A DNA stretch of 64,000 nucleotides, taken from Candidatus Heimdallarchaeota archaeon. Its GTDB lineage: Archaea > Asgardarchaeota > Heimdallarchaeia > JABLTI01. Position 1 is the first letter of the stretch, and the number at the start of each line of letters is the position of its first letter. The translations under genes and the position numbers were made by a program. The notes beneath the pieces were generated by a model. That model worked only from the letters and a program-made list of their open reading frames with translations. It made no database searches and was not told the DNA's origin. The stretch covers positions 32,001 to 96,000 of the forward strand of contig JABCTZ010000026.1 of assembly GCA_018238155.1 (NCBI GenBank), in the 5' to 3' direction. Below, piece after piece: positions 18,124 through 29,186 of this stretch.

Positions 18124-18555
18124 TCTAAATCCTTCTGCAAACTCGTTTATGATTCACAAGTCAAAAATTTATAACGAAAAGTAATAAATAAGCATTTGTA
18201 AATCATTGATAAAAATAAACAAGACTAGTGTTCAAAATTAGCTTATTTGATTGTGTCTAGTATTATGTTCATTACAAATCATGTGAAAAGTAGTAAAATG
18301 AATTGTTGGAAATCAGCAATTTGCTTCATAGAAGTATATTTGAACTATATAATATACATGGAATTTGAATAAACAATATTTAACGAACTCCAATTCAAAA
18401 TCAATTTAGAAATTTGATGGTATTAAATTTCTCTAGAAAAAAACATGATAGATTTCTTCTTTTTTTAGAAAGTAATGGTTTTTTATGCCAATTATTATTT
18501 GAGAAAAGTATTTACACTGAAACAAACATTGTTTTTAATCCAAGAGGTTAGAAAA

Positions 18556-18903
18556 TTGAATACAAGATTCAAACAAGCAGCTCCTTGTGGATTGATTTGT
18601 GATGAATGTCCTTGGTTTCAAGGCAAAATGGAAATGAAATGTCCAGGTTGTTCTGAAAAAAAAGGCAAACCTTTTTGGGGTGAATGTGAAATTTTTCTTT
18701 GTACAGATATGAAGCATCACGAGCATTGTGGACTATGTAAGGATTTTCCATGTGAAACTGTTATCAATCAATTTGATCCAAATAATCCCAAGGGTAAGCA
18801 AGAAGCAATTTTTCGTGTGGGTCAGCTTGCCATAAGGAATAAAATAGGCACAAAAACATGGTTAACAAAAAGATCCTGTAGTTCTTTGCCAAAATTTGAG
18901 TGA
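18556..18903 (+). CDS. DUF3795 Cys-rich (putative Fe-S) protein
   Basis: APCGLICDECP, CPGC, CEIFLC, HCGLCKDFPCE; SD GAGGT before TTG at 18556. Confidence 0.8.
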   Translation: MNTRFKQAAPCGLICDECPWFQGKMEMKCPGCSEKKGKPFWGECEIFLCTDMKHHEHCGLCKDFPCETVINQFDPNNPKGKQEAIFRVGQLAIRNKIGTKTWLTKRSCSSLPKFE

Positions 18904-19051
18904 ATTTTTAAAGAAAAATATTTCTGAGGTTCATTGGTATAGAAAAAATTGATATTAGTATTAAAAATTTTTATAAACTAAAACAAAAGAATAAAAATAG
19001 AATAACTTTAATTTGTATTTAAAAAAAAGTGTCTGTCTGAAGGGTAAAAAT

Positions 19052-19891
19052 ATGGTTGTAGTTGGTGCTTACATTCTCCCTCATGGTGCTATGATTTTGG
19101 ATCCTAATAAGGATAAAATTCCAAAAGAAGCAATTGATATACATCATGCAATGATTAAAATGGCTAAAAACATAAACGACTTGAAACCTGATTTAATTTT
19201 TTTAACAACGCCACATGGTATTGCACTTTCAAATGATTTTGGGATTTATATGAACAAAGGTGGAAGTGGTAGTGCAGAATGGAATAATGATTACAAAAAG
19301 TATAAGGTGCAAGTGGAATTCGATCAAGAGATAAGCAATGAATTGATAGAATATCTCCTTGATAAGGAAACAGCTATTCATGGTATTGCTACTTTTTCTC
19401 TAGGAGTAGATGCCCCATTTAGATGGGCAGAAGCTGTTCCTCTATGGTTTTTAAGAAAATTATCTACAAAACCAAAATATATTATAATGTCTCAACCAAT
19501 GAGACGCCATGAAGAAACTAAAGAACTTATTCTAGAAACACTCACTCTTGGAAACGATTTGAGGTTATTTTTTGAATCATTAGAAAAACGAGTGGTAGTA
19601 ATCATTAGTGCAGATTTAGGTCATACGCATCAAACAAATGGACCATTTGGATTTTCTGAAGAGGTAGAACTTTTTGATAAATTGATGGAAAAGTGGGCAG
19701 GAACACTAGATGAAAAATTACTAATTAAGAAGGCTGTTCCTAAACTTGATGAAGCTCTTTGTTGTGGTTACATTGGTTTTATATTACTACAAGGAATGTT
19801 AAATGGGAAAGGATTTACACCAGAAGTTATTACAAGAGCAACCCCATCATATTATGGGATGATGATAGCTCAATATACAAAAAATGAGTGA
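19052..19891 (+). CDS. LigB/MEMO-fold (class III extradiol dioxygenase-like) protein
   Basis: LPHG, TTPHG, VPLWFL, ISADLGHTH, PSYYGM. Confidence 0.78.
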   Translation: MVVVGAYILPHGAMILDPNKDKIPKEAIDIHHAMIKMAKNINDLKPDLIFLTTPHGIALSNDFGIYMNKGGSGSAEWNNDYKKYKVQVEFDQEISNELIEYLLDKETAIHGIATFSLGVDAPFRWAEAVPLWFLRKLSTKPKYIIMSQPMRRHEETKELILETLTLGNDLRLFFESLEKRVVVIISADLGHTHQTNGPFGFSEEVELFDKLMEKWAGTLDEKLLIKKAVPKLDEALCCGYIGFILLQGMLNGKGFTPEVITRATPSYYGMMIAQYTKNE

Positions 19892-20108
19892 GTAGATCAC
19901 AATTAAAGAAGATTTCCAAATTGCAAAAATTTGTTTATAAAAAAGTAAAACTATTTGTATCGAATTTTTGTTAAAAAGTTCCTTTTTATGAGGGGAATTG
20001 ATTCTTTTTCGAATTTTGTTATATTCTCCATAACGGAAAGATTTTAACTAAAGAAGCTAAAAATATTAGATAGGAATAGTCAACAGTCAATTGTTGATGG
20101 GTGATTTC

Positions 20109-20954
20109 ATGATCTTAAAGAAGCTTCGAAAAAGTAAGTCTGCTGTTTCTAATATTTTGTCTACTATATTGATAGTTGCATTAATGGTTACTTCAACTGC
20201 ATTAACATACAGTGTTCTAATACCAACAATTGACCGTGGAAGATTAAATGCTACTCTTTCAACCTCAGCTCTCTTTCTAACTAAATTTGATGGAGCCTTA
20301 CAAACGCTAATGTATGACGGCATTGGCTCTACAAGAAATTTAGAAGTAGATGCTTTTTCAGGCAGTCTGGATTTTCGAACTCAAGGATTAAATGTTCGCT
20401 TTTTTATTGATAGCGGACTCTTTCTTCCAATTCCAGGTTTGTCGTATGGTGTTGCTAGATTTACAATTCCGAGTGATATTGCAATAATGGATCGCTCTGC
20501 AGTTGATTACATCAAAGGTAATGCCTATTTCCCTCTAGCAATAAGTGATGAAGGCTCTTCTGATCCTGCAATGCTTGTAATGACAAGACCTTCGAATGAT
20601 GAATATAGAATGGAATTATGGTACCGACTTTTCCTTCATGTTAAAGACACTGGTGTGGGTGGAGATATTGATCTTTCTATTGTAGTTGTAGAATTTGCCG
20701 CAAGTGAATCTGTTCGTTCCTTAAATGAAGGTACATATTCTTTAATGCTTAACAAGACAAGTTTGGAACTAAATCCATCCAAATATGGATTTGTAAGCGG
20801 TAATCCAATAATTACCTCTGGTGATGATTTCTACATGACCATCAATAAGAATACCGGACCGCAGATTGCCTTCTCATCTTTAGGTACACGAACGAGTGTT
20901 TCAATAAATCTTATAGTAATTACACTAGGAATACAAGTTATTTCTCTATTCTAG
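20109..20954 (+). CDS. Archaeal type IV pilin-like protein (class III signal peptide)
   Basis: KKLRKSKSA|VSNILSTILIVALMV: basic leader, predicted PibD/FlaK cleavage site, hydrophobic helix, then a beta-rich domain. Confidence 0.75.
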   Translation: MILKKLRKSKSAVSNILSTILIVALMVTSTALTYSVLIPTIDRGRLNATLSTSALFLTKFDGALQTLMYDGIGSTRNLEVDAFSGSLDFRTQGLNVRFFIDSGLFLPIPGLSYGVARFTIPSDIAIMDRSAVDYIKGNAYFPLAISDEGSSDPAMLVMTRPSNDEYRMELWYRLFLHVKDTGVGGDIDLSIVVVEFAASESVRSLNEGTYSLMLNKTSLELNPSKYGFVSGNPIITSGDDFYMTINKNTGPQIAFSSLGTRTSVSINLIVITLGIQVISLF

Positions 20955-20982
20955 AAAAAAATTACTAGATAATTCTATTTTT

Positions 20983-21615
20983 TTAATACTTGAAATATTC
21001 CTTCAACTCGCTTAATTTTCGAGAATCAACCATTTCATCTCGAGGATTTGCTTCAATTATTTTCATTAGATTTTTAAAATGTCGTAATGCAGCAACATGG
21101 TCATTTTTTTGCAGAAAATAGAGAACAGTGTTCATCATGCCCTTTGCCCCAGCAATTTGAATTGTTCTATTTTTAGGATTGGTTCTTGAAAGATCGCTTA
21201 ACTCGAGGGAAAATTCACTGATGGATGGGGTTTGACTACTTAAAGAGAAATCATAAATAGCATTTACTAGGATCATTGTTAATATCTCTTTTAGAGGTTC
21301 ATTTTGAGTTTTATTTGTTAATTCACGTAAATGATTTATTTTTCCCTTCAAGTCTGTCTGAGAACTTCTTCCAAAATAGATGGGCATGGCATTTAATATT
21401 GCTCTACCATAATTGAACAAAACATCCGGGTTCTCGTAATATTCATCTGTAAAAGCAATTAATTCCAAAATTAGTTTATCTGCTTCGTCATATTTCCCCT
21501 CTTCAGATAAATCCATTGCCTTATTAAAAAGGGCATTCGATAATTTCTTTTGAACTCCTCTATCACTAGGATTCTCAGCAATGTTTTTTCTTAAATCATC
21601 AATTTGATATTGCAA
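20983..21615 (-). CDS. Helical-repeat (TPR-like) hypothetical protein
   Basis: Repeated helical pairs (LSNALFNKA, YGRAILNA, LTMILVNA, GAKGMMNT). Confidence 0.6.
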   Translation of the reverse strand: MQYQIDDLRKNIAENPSDRGVQKKLSNALFNKAMDLSEEGKYDEADKLILELIAFTDEYYENPDVLFNYGRAILNAMPIYFGRSSQTDLKGKINHLRELTNKTQNEPLKEILTMILVNAIYDFSLSSQTPSISEFSLELSDLSRTNPKNRTIQIAGAKGMMNTVLYFLQKNDHVAALRHFKNLMKIIEANPRDEMVDSRKLSELKEYFKY

Positions 21616-21847
21616 TTAATCACTCTCAATAATTGTGTTTATGAGCTTTCAGCAATTTAAAACTATCATTCAAGTTAAAAAATAATCATTAATTAAATAC
21701 CTTTATCATTGAAATTTCTAAACTAGAAATCTGATTAGAATCAAACAATATCAATTTCATAATTCTTAACAGGAATAACATAAACACCTATTTCAGAGAC
21801 CTTATATTTAACTCAAAACAATAAAAAGAATCTAGTTTCTTTTTAAA

Positions 21848-22885
21848 TCATAATAGAAGAATTAGTGCAATTCCACCTATTGTCAATATTGTTCCTAGAA
21901 TTATTTTCCAATCAACCCTTTCTTTCAAAAAGAGAATTGAAAGCGGAGTAGCTATCAATGGTCCCGAGGCAGCTATTACTGATGGAGTCGATGAACCAAT
22001 TCTTTCAATTGCCAATAGGTAAATAATATTTGCTGCAACTAAACCAAGAAGTGCAGCGATTGCTACAAAAGAGGTATTTTTCCAAGTAAATTTGCTTTTG
22101 TTCTTCCCTCTATTTGTGCCAAAGAAAATTACCAAAGTTATTGGTACTAAGAAAATCATTCGTGCACCATTTAGTGTTATAATATTGACATCAGTTTGTT
22201 CTAAACCATAGCGTATCAATGTAGTTCCCGCAGCCCATGTTACTGCTGAAATAATTGACAGAACAATACCCAATATCAATTTGTTCTTAAATGGCGAGAA
22301 TTTTTGTTCGTTGAAATCAATTGCTGGATCAACATTTTCAAATTTAATTTCATCTATATTAGAATCAATTGTACTCTTATTTTCATCAAGCTCATTTTCT
22401 GTTTCATCTGGTAATGGTTTTTCGTTGCCAAGATTTTCACCATTAACTTTTGAGAGAGAGATGAAAACTACTCCAATAATTACTATTACTATCCCCAACA
22501 TTTTCAACCATTCAAAATTCACATCAGGAAAAAACACTACTTCTAATACATAAGTTAGCAATGGATAAGTCATTGCAATTGGATAAGCTTTTGAAACACC
22601 AATTAATTGAAGACTGGCGAAATAGAGGAGATTACCAAAAACAATACCCATTAATGCTGCAGAGACAAGAGGTAATAATACTTTCCAACCAATTGTGAAC
22701 ATCAGCATGAAATCACCCATTGCAGCAACAATAATTAGAAAGGAAAAACTTGCAACAACAGTTTGAATAAGTAATAATCCAGAAGGTTTCAAATCCTTAC
22801 CTTGTGCTTTAATTATTACAGTTACAATACCTGAAAGAAGCATATTTCCAATTGCGGCTATAATACCTAAAGTTTCTGGTTCCAA
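21848..22885 (-). CDS. DMT/EamA family transporter
   Basis: Two 5-TM repeats (SLQLIGVSKAYPI...YPL; AIERIGSSTPS...GPL...LKERV). Confidence 0.88.
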   Translation of the reverse strand: MEPETLGIIAAIGNMLLSGIVTVIIKAQGKDLKPSGLLLIQTVVASFSFLIIVAAMGDFMLMFTIGWKVLLPLVSAALMGIVFGNLLYFASLQLIGVSKAYPIAMTYPLLTYVLEVVFFPDVNFEWLKMLGIVIVIIGVVFISLSKVNGENLGNEKPLPDETENELDENKSTIDSNIDEIKFENVDPAIDFNEQKFSPFKNKLILGIVLSIISAVTWAAGTTLIRYGLEQTDVNIITLNGARMIFLVPITLVIFFGTNRGKNKSKFTWKNTSFVAIAALLGLVAANIIYLLAIERIGSSTPSVIAASGPLIATPLSILFLKERVDWKIILGTILTIGGIALILLL

Positions 22886-23038
22886 ATTTGTTCACGCAAT
22901 TCTCAAATTAGAAATCATTTATGAACTCTTGTGTATGTATACTAATGATGGAATTCCCTATTTTACTGTAATTTATAAGAGGATTTTTATTTGATAGTAA
23001 AAACTTTCCATTGTCTAAAAAAAATAAGTGATGAAATT

Positions 23039-23278
23039 ATGAGCGAAAATTTTGAATTCGATGAAGATACAAAGTGCATTTATGAGATTCTTAAGAAAGA
23101 AAATGATATTTCCTCTAGAAGGGTTTTGGAACTCGCTTCGTCAGAGGAATATATAGAAATCTGTTCAGGGTGTGCATCAGGTGACACATTCCTTCGAGCA
23201 ATTAAGAAAATGGAAAAAGCCGGTCTTGTTAAATCGTCTCTGGGAAAGGGCGGATATAAATGGCATCTAAATCAATAA
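23039..23278 (+). CDS. Small winged-helix protein with CxxC insertion (paralog 1)
   Basis: CIYEILKKE...CSGCASGD...AIKKMEKAGLV...GYKWHL; ATG at 23039. Confidence 0.7.
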   Translation: MSENFEFDEDTKCIYEILKKENDISSRRVLELASSEEYIEICSGCASGDTFLRAIKKMEKAGLVKSSLGKGGYKWHLNQ

Positions 23279-23318
23279 TTGATTTATAGTGTTTTATTAA
23301 TACTAAGAGCTGTTTCTA

Positions 23319-23615
23319 ATGACAGACAATGAGAAAACAAGAGATCTCTACAAAAATATAGAACCAGAACTCAGAAAGTTGTTTAATTCCCAATCTAAAA
23401 AAGAGATTCTGTGTGTCTATTCTATTTTGAAAAAGGAGAAATCGCTCTCAACAAAAAGACTAGTTGAAATCGCTCTTTCTCAAGAATTTAATCATTATTG
23501 TAAAGGTTGTGCAGCATCTGATAGTGTTTACAGAGCAGTTAAAAAACTTCAAGAAAAGGGTTTTGTTTTATGCCACTTAGGTAAAGAAGGGTATATTTGG
23601 GAATTCATGAAATGA
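23319..23615 (+). CDS. Small winged-helix protein with CxxC insertion (paralog 2)
   Basis: CVYSILKKE...CKGCAASD...AVKKLQEKGFV...GYIWEF. Confidence 0.72.
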   Translation: MTDNEKTRDLYKNIEPELRKLFNSQSKKEILCVYSILKKEKSLSTKRLVEIALSQEFNHYCKGCAASDSVYRAVKKLQEKGFVLCHLGKEGYIWEFMK

Positions 23616-23688
23616 AAAGCGAAATGTTTTCTATCAGAGAATAAACAAAAAAAATGGCTAAAGGGACTTCTAAATCCCTCAAAATAAT

Positions 23689-25389
23689 CTATTCTACGAC
23701 TGTTTCTACGTGAGTTTCTTCTCGCAGAGGTCTACGTAATACTTTTCCTACTGGAGAGAGTGGTAATTCTTCACGATATTCAAAGAATTTAGGAATTTTA
23801 TAGGGAGCAAGATTTTTCTTGCAATATGCTCTTAATTCTTCTTTTGTATACTTTGGTGCACCTTCCCGAAGAACAATAACTGCTTTGATTACCTCGTTAA
23901 CCAGTTTATCTTTTATTGGAATCACTGCAGCCATAGAAATATCAGGATGATTGCAGAGGCAAGTTTCTACTTCTAAAGGCCATACTTGGAATCCTGAAGT
24001 AAAGATACAATCTTTCAGCCTATCAACAATCTTAAAGAAACCATCTGGAGACATTTTTACTACATCACCTGTTTTTAACCAGCCATCTTTAGTTATCACA
24101 TTATCAGTTTCATCTTGTTGATTCCAATAACCCTTCATTATTTGTGGACCCTTTACAAGTAATTCACCTTCACTTGTAAGATTGTCTTCATTGTACGAAT
24201 CTAATGGAATATCTTTACCTGTGTTTATGTCAATTATTTTTACTGTAACACTTGGAACTGGAATTCCGATACCGTCTTGTCTAAGAGCTAGATCAGCTGG
24301 ATTTACGTGAGTTACAGGGGAAGCTTCTGAGAGACCATAGCCTTCAATAAGAACAGCACCGGTTCTTGCTTCAAATTTAGTAGTAATATCAGGATGAAGA
24401 GCACTTCCTCCAGAAATACTCATTCTCAATGACGACCAATCATAATCAGCACTTTTGGGATGTTCAGCTAATTTTTGGAATAATGTTGGAACACCAGTGA
24501 AGAATTGTATTTTATATTTCTGAATAATTTGCATTATTTCTTCCAGTTTTCTTGGATCTGGAATAAGAACAATCATTCCAGCAGCAGCCATAGGCCAAAA
24601 GAATGAAGTTGTCAAACCAAAAATATGTGAGAATGGTAATGCACCAATATTTGTAGGTTGAATACCAGGGTAATTTCCACCAATCCATTCAACCCAGAAA
24701 TCTATGACAATTGCTTGTGATACTAAATTTCTGTGAGTAAGCATTGCGCCCTTTGGTACACCTGTTGTACCGCCAGTGTATTGTAAACATGCGAGATCAT
24801 GTTCAGGATTCATTTTTGGGCGAATATCTTTGTTCTCACCATTTTTTAATACTTGAGAATATTTTAATTCTGCTTCTGAGATTTTAGTATTTTTACGAGC
24901 AATAATATTCTTGTAAAGGAATCCTTTAATGAAACTAAGTTCGTCTGCAATGGATGAAATTATAACATGTTCAAGATCAGTTTCCGAGCGTACTTCTCGA
25001 ATTTGGTTCAAAAAAAGATCTAAAGAAACAATTACTTTTGAGCCACTATCTTTTAATTGAAACTTTATTTCCTTTGGTGTATAGAGAGGACTAATAGCGG
25101 TCACTATTGCACCCAAATAAAGAACACTTAGATAACTAACAACATATTGTGGGCAGTTTGGCATTAAAAGGGCAACTCTGTCACCTTTTTTAACACCTAA
25201 TTTTGCAAGTCCATTTGCAAATTTCTGAACTTCAACTTTTGTTTCTGAATATGTTTTCGTTTTGTCTTTGAAGATAAGAAAAGGTTTTGAGCTTGCTTTT
25301 TCAACCGACTCATAAAAAAGCTCAATCAAACTTAAATTTGGAACATCAAATTCCGTAGGTATTTTTGGATGATATTTCCATTGGGCCAT
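23689..25389 (-). CDS. fadD: Long-chain fatty acid--CoA ligase
   Basis: LQYTGGTTGVPKG, EGYGLSEASP, GWLKTGD, DRLKD, LPLSPVGKV. Confidence 0.9.
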   Translation of the reverse strand: MAQWKYHPKIPTEFDVPNLSLIELFYESVEKASSKPFLIFKDKTKTYSETKVEVQKFANGLAKLGVKKGDRVALLMPNCPQYVVSYLSVLYLGAIVTAISPLYTPKEIKFQLKDSGSKVIVSLDLFLNQIREVRSETDLEHVIISSIADELSFIKGFLYKNIIARKNTKISEAELKYSQVLKNGENKDIRPKMNPEHDLACLQYTGGTTGVPKGAMLTHRNLVSQAIVIDFWVEWIGGNYPGIQPTNIGALPFSHIFGLTTSFFWPMAAAGMIVLIPDPRKLEEIMQIIQKYKIQFFTGVPTLFQKLAEHPKSADYDWSSLRMSISGGSALHPDITTKFEARTGAVLIEGYGLSEASPVTHVNPADLALRQDGIGIPVPSVTVKIIDINTGKDIPLDSYNEDNLTSEGELLVKGPQIMKGYWNQQDETDNVITKDGWLKTGDVVKMSPDGFFKIVDRLKDCIFTSGFQVWPLEVETCLCNHPDISMAAVIPIKDKLVNEVIKAVIVLREGAPKYTKEELRAYCKKNLAPYKIPKFFEYREELPLSPVGKVLRRPLREETHVETVVE

Positions 25390-25545
25390 TTCAAATTACT
25401 CCTGAGATTTTAATTTAAATTATTTTTAAATATAAAATGTAACTATACATTAGACTAAGTCTTTACATACTAAAAATTCTTTTTAAAACTTCTTGTAAAA
25501 TATTAGCTGTATAGACAAAAAAGAACCTTTTTCTAGTGAAAAAAA

Positions 25546-26616
25546 TTATTTTTCTAAAGTTTCCAGAATTTTCAATATTCTTAAGCTGGTATCTTTATAA
25601 CCGTATAGTTCTTTTTTGAAAGCTATCTCATTTGAGAGCATAATATCTAATTTTTCTTTGATTTCAGTTGGTTTTGCTAAAATATTTCCTCCAGCTTCAA
25701 TTGTTTCCAACCATTCAGTTTGTTCTCTTACAGTTACACATGGTTTCTCATGCCAATATGCTTCTTTTTGAACTCCACCTGAATCGGTTATAATCGCTTT
25801 GGAATCTTTCAATAATTTACTGAATTCAAAGAACCCAACTGGGTCAATAATATTGAGGTTATTGTTTGTTTTTTCAAGAAGCTTTAATGACTGTAACTTG
25901 CGTTTTGTTCTTGGATGAAGAGGTATAACAACAGGTAAATTTAATCGTCCTAATTCATCCATTATTTTTGGTAATTTTTCATCTGTAGTGTTTTCTGCCC
26001 GGTGTATTGTGGATAAAAGGTACTCGTCCGGAATTTCATCACGACGAGGTATTGCATTTACTTTATCCTCAATCATAAAAGCAATTTCATACATTGTATC
26101 ACCTGTTTGAAAAACATTTTTTGTAATACCTTCATTTTTTAGGTTTCTAACGGCAACATGAGTTGGACAAAATAGTAAATCAGAACAATGGTCAGTAAGA
26201 ATACGATTGATTTCTTCAGGCATCCTTCTATTGAAACTTCTAAGACCTGCTTCAAGATGAGCAACTTTTACATGCAGCTTGGCTGCTGCTAGAGCACCAC
26301 TTATTGTTGAATTTGTATCTCCTGGAACGATTACAACATCAGGTTCATTTTCAATTATTACTTTTTCAATTGCCTTTAGCATCTCACCTGTTTGATATCC
26401 ATGTAATCCCGAACCCACACCTAAATTATAATCAGCAGGTTTCACATCCATTTCTTTGAAGAAAATATCAGACATGTTGATATCGTAATGTTGACCTGTA
26501 TGCACCAAAATATGATCATGTTTAGATTTGTTTATTATTTTAGTAAGTGGAAACATTTTAACGAAATTGGGTCGAGCACCAACAATGGATAATATTTTCA
26601 AATACAATTCCTCCAT
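25546..26616 (-). CDS. wecB: UDP-N-acetylglucosamine 2-epimerase (non-hydrolysing)
   Basis: GARPNFVK, HTGQHYD, PGDTNS, HLEAGLRS, TDSGGVQKEA; the true start may be TTG at 26601. Confidence 0.93.
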   Translation of the reverse strand: MEELYLKILSIVGARPNFVKMFPLTKIINKSKHDHILVHTGQHYDINMSDIFFKEMDVKPADYNLGVGSGLHGYQTGEMLKAIEKVIIENEPDVVIVPGDTNSTISGALAAAKLHVKVAHLEAGLRSFNRRMPEEINRILTDHCSDLLFCPTHVAVRNLKNEGITKNVFQTGDTMYEIAFMIEDKVNAIPRRDEIPDEYLLSTIHRAENTTDEKLPKIMDELGRLNLPVVIPLHPRTKRKLQSLKLLEKTNNNLNIIDPVGFFEFSKLLKDSKAIITDSGGVQKEAYWHEKPCVTVREQTEWLETIEAGGNILAKPTEIKEKLDIMLSNEIAFKKELYGYKDTSLRILKILETLEK

Positions 26617-26821
26617 TTCAATAATAAACGATATTCTATGGAATTAACTTATGATAGTTAAAGAAATGCTACTTTTTAAATTTACTCGAATACTTCCTAG
26701 ATTATAGATATTACTACATAATAAATGAGTTAATATCATCAATAGACTCAAAATAAAGGCTTTAAGCAATTGAATGGTAACTTTTATGTTTGCTATTAAT
26801 AAGAAAATCAAAGTGTCAAAG

Positions 26822-27667
26822 ATGGTTCAGCAGAAAAAAATACTCGTTGTGATACCCGCACGAAATGAAGAGAAATTTATTAGGAAAACAGTAGAAGTGC
26901 TTGGTGAACAAAACCCTAAGCCAGCAAAAGTAATTATTATAGACGATGGTTCAACAGATAAAACTAGTCAAATAGCAAAAAAAGCTGCTGAAAAAGCAAA
27001 ATTAAATTTTGAAATTATTACCAGAAAAGATAGAGGATTTTCTGCTTTGGGTCAAGCAACACTAGCAAGAATATATAATGAAACGTTTAGATCTGTTAAC
27101 TTGTCAAAATATGATTTTTTGGTCATAAATGGTGCTGATGCATTATTAACCAACGATTATTTTGAGAAACTATTAACAAAGTTCAATGATAATCCTGACT
27201 TAGTTATTGCGAGTGGTTATTGTCCAGGAGAAAAAATCAACAAAGGACATGCTCATGGCATTGGTAGATTCTATCGGATGGATTTTTTTATAAAAACTTG
27301 CAAAGGCAGATTTGAAATTAGTAATGCATGGGAATCAATTCCAATATTTTTAGCAAATGTTAATGGTAAAATTGTTAAAAGTTACCAAGAACCAATATTA
27401 TATCACTTACGACCAAGATTTGCTAGAGCAGCAGATCGAATTTATATCTTGCGTGGAGCAGCTATGAAAGAAGTTGGTTATTGGACACCATATGCTATTG
27501 GTCGTTGTATGCTCGTGAGCAAAAAACACAAAAGAATTAAGGTTGGAATTTTGATGCTCGTTGGTTTTTATAGAGCAAGAACGAGCAAGCGTTTAGAGAA
27601 ATTAGCAAAAGAATATCGAAAGTATCAAATAAATTTTGTAACAAAATCCTTATTGACAAAATTATGA
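26822..27667 (+). CDS. Glycosyltransferase family 2
   Basis: VVIPARNEE, IIDDGSTDKT, GAD in the DxD position; start could be further upstream (26774). Confidence 0.85.
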   Translation: MVQQKKILVVIPARNEEKFIRKTVEVLGEQNPKPAKVIIIDDGSTDKTSQIAKKAAEKAKLNFEIITRKDRGFSALGQATLARIYNETFRSVNLSKYDFLVINGADALLTNDYFEKLLTKFNDNPDLVIASGYCPGEKINKGHAHGIGRFYRMDFFIKTCKGRFEISNAWESIPIFLANVNGKIVKSYQEPILYHLRPRFARAADRIYILRGAAMKEVGYWTPYAIGRCMLVSKKHKRIKVGILMLVGFYRARTSKRLEKLAKEYRKYQINFVTKSLLTKL

Positions 27668-27761
27668 ATCCTAAAATGAAAAGGAGAAAGCTCTTTCAAT
27701 TTTTTTATTTCTCGAACAGAAGAATTTAAAATCCACTCAAGTTCAGTATGTATATTATCAA

Positions 27762-29102
27762 ATGGTGCGAGAAATCTTGACTAGCATTGATCTTCAATCT
27801 CTAATAAGTATTTTACATTTCGGAGGAGCTTTAATTGGACAACCTACGGTAATTCCTGCAAAAGTACCAAAAACAGAACCAATATTTACTTTTCCTTTTA
27901 GAGATGAGAAAATTGATTTCCACCCAGAAAAATCATATAATACTCTCTATGATATAACTAAGAATTTACTTTTTAAATATAGAGACAAGAAAATTGGTTT
28001 ACCTTTAAGTGGAGGAATAGATTCAACGACTATTCTGTATTTAGTTCAAGATATAAATAAAAAAGAAAATCTAAATATTACTGTTAAAGCGTATAACCAA
28101 GTATTTGATTTTAGAGATGAGTCAAAATATGCTCAACAAATTGCAGATCAAACTGAAACCGAATTAGAAGTCATTCATCAAACAACCAGTCAAAATTTAA
28201 AGGAATTTGATGAAATATTGAAAATTTTTCCAGAACCTATAATGGGAAATGCACATATGAATACTATATACAAGAAAATGAAAAAGGATGGAAATATTTC
28301 TGCAATAAGTGCATTGGGTGGGGATGAATGTTGGGGCGGATATCCTAGTCATAGAATTTTTCATGATAACCTCTTTTCAAAACACATCTATCAAGCTCAA
28401 GGAATTAGAACAAAATTACTTAGGGTATTGTTTACACCAATAAGTAAACAACAATTGTGGATAAGGTACAACTTAAGATTTAATCCTAAAAAACAATTTT
28501 TGAATCCGAGAAAATACCGAAAAGCAACGAAAAATATAGGGAACAATTTGATTAGTAATATTAGGAATTCACAGTATATTTGGTTTTATTACAATTATCT
28601 TGATGTTAGTTCAAAATTACCTAATAATGGCAGATTTAACTTGTGGGATGCAAATGAGCATTATACATTTACAAAATGCGAAAAACTATACAAACATCAG
28701 ATAAATGGTGTAGGAGTTCTTAATGGTCTAGAAATATTATTCCCATTTTTAGAACCAGATTACGTTAAATATTCACTTGCGATTGACAAGTCAAACAAAA
28801 TCAAAGATGGTATTTCGAAATGGGGGATGAGGCAAATGATGAGAAATAAGATTCCTGAAAACCTTCTAATGAGAGGAGCATATGGTGACAAGATGGGTTG
28901 GGGTGAATTGTACCAAGTTTTGTGGGAAAACGGATACAAAGAATTTTCTGAAGAATTGCTAACAAAAGAAAAAGTAGAGGAACTCGATATACTTAATTGG
29001 TCATTGATAAACAAAACATTGAGCAATCTCAATAAAAGGTTTAGAGGAGCTGAAGCAAGAACTCTAATTACAATGTCGTTATTCCAGAAAATACTAGAAT
29101 AA
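27762..29102 (+). CDS. Asparagine synthase-like amidotransferase, synthetase domain only
   Basis: PP-loop LSGGIDS, SALGGDECWGGY, FPFLE, KWGMR...IPE, KMG; no N-terminal CGI glutaminase domain. Confidence 0.8.
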   Translation: MVREILTSIDLQSLISILHFGGALIGQPTVIPAKVPKTEPIFTFPFRDEKIDFHPEKSYNTLYDITKNLLFKYRDKKIGLPLSGGIDSTTILYLVQDINKKENLNITVKAYNQVFDFRDESKYAQQIADQTETELEVIHQTTSQNLKEFDEILKIFPEPIMGNAHMNTIYKKMKKDGNISAISALGGDECWGGYPSHRIFHDNLFSKHIYQAQGIRTKLLRVLFTPISKQQLWIRYNLRFNPKKQFLNPRKYRKATKNIGNNLISNIRNSQYIWFYYNYLDVSSKLPNNGRFNLWDANEHYTFTKCEKLYKHQINGVGVLNGLEILFPFLEPDYVKYSLAIDKSNKIKDGISKWGMRQMMRNKIPENLLMRGAYGDKMGWGELYQVLWENGYKEFSEELLTKEKVEELDILNWSLINKTLSNLNKRFRGAEARTLITMSLFQKILE

Positions 29103-29186
29103 AAAAAGACTTGAATGAAACTAATGAAAAGTTGATCAAATCAAAAGAATAGAAATGATAAAAAATGATTTCCTAGGTGAGCAAAT

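Noticed and set aside
25452-25462. AGACT-A-AGTCT palindrome upstream of fadD as a FadR/TetR operator
   Set aside because: Only 5-bp arms in AT-rich DNA; cannot be distinguished from chance
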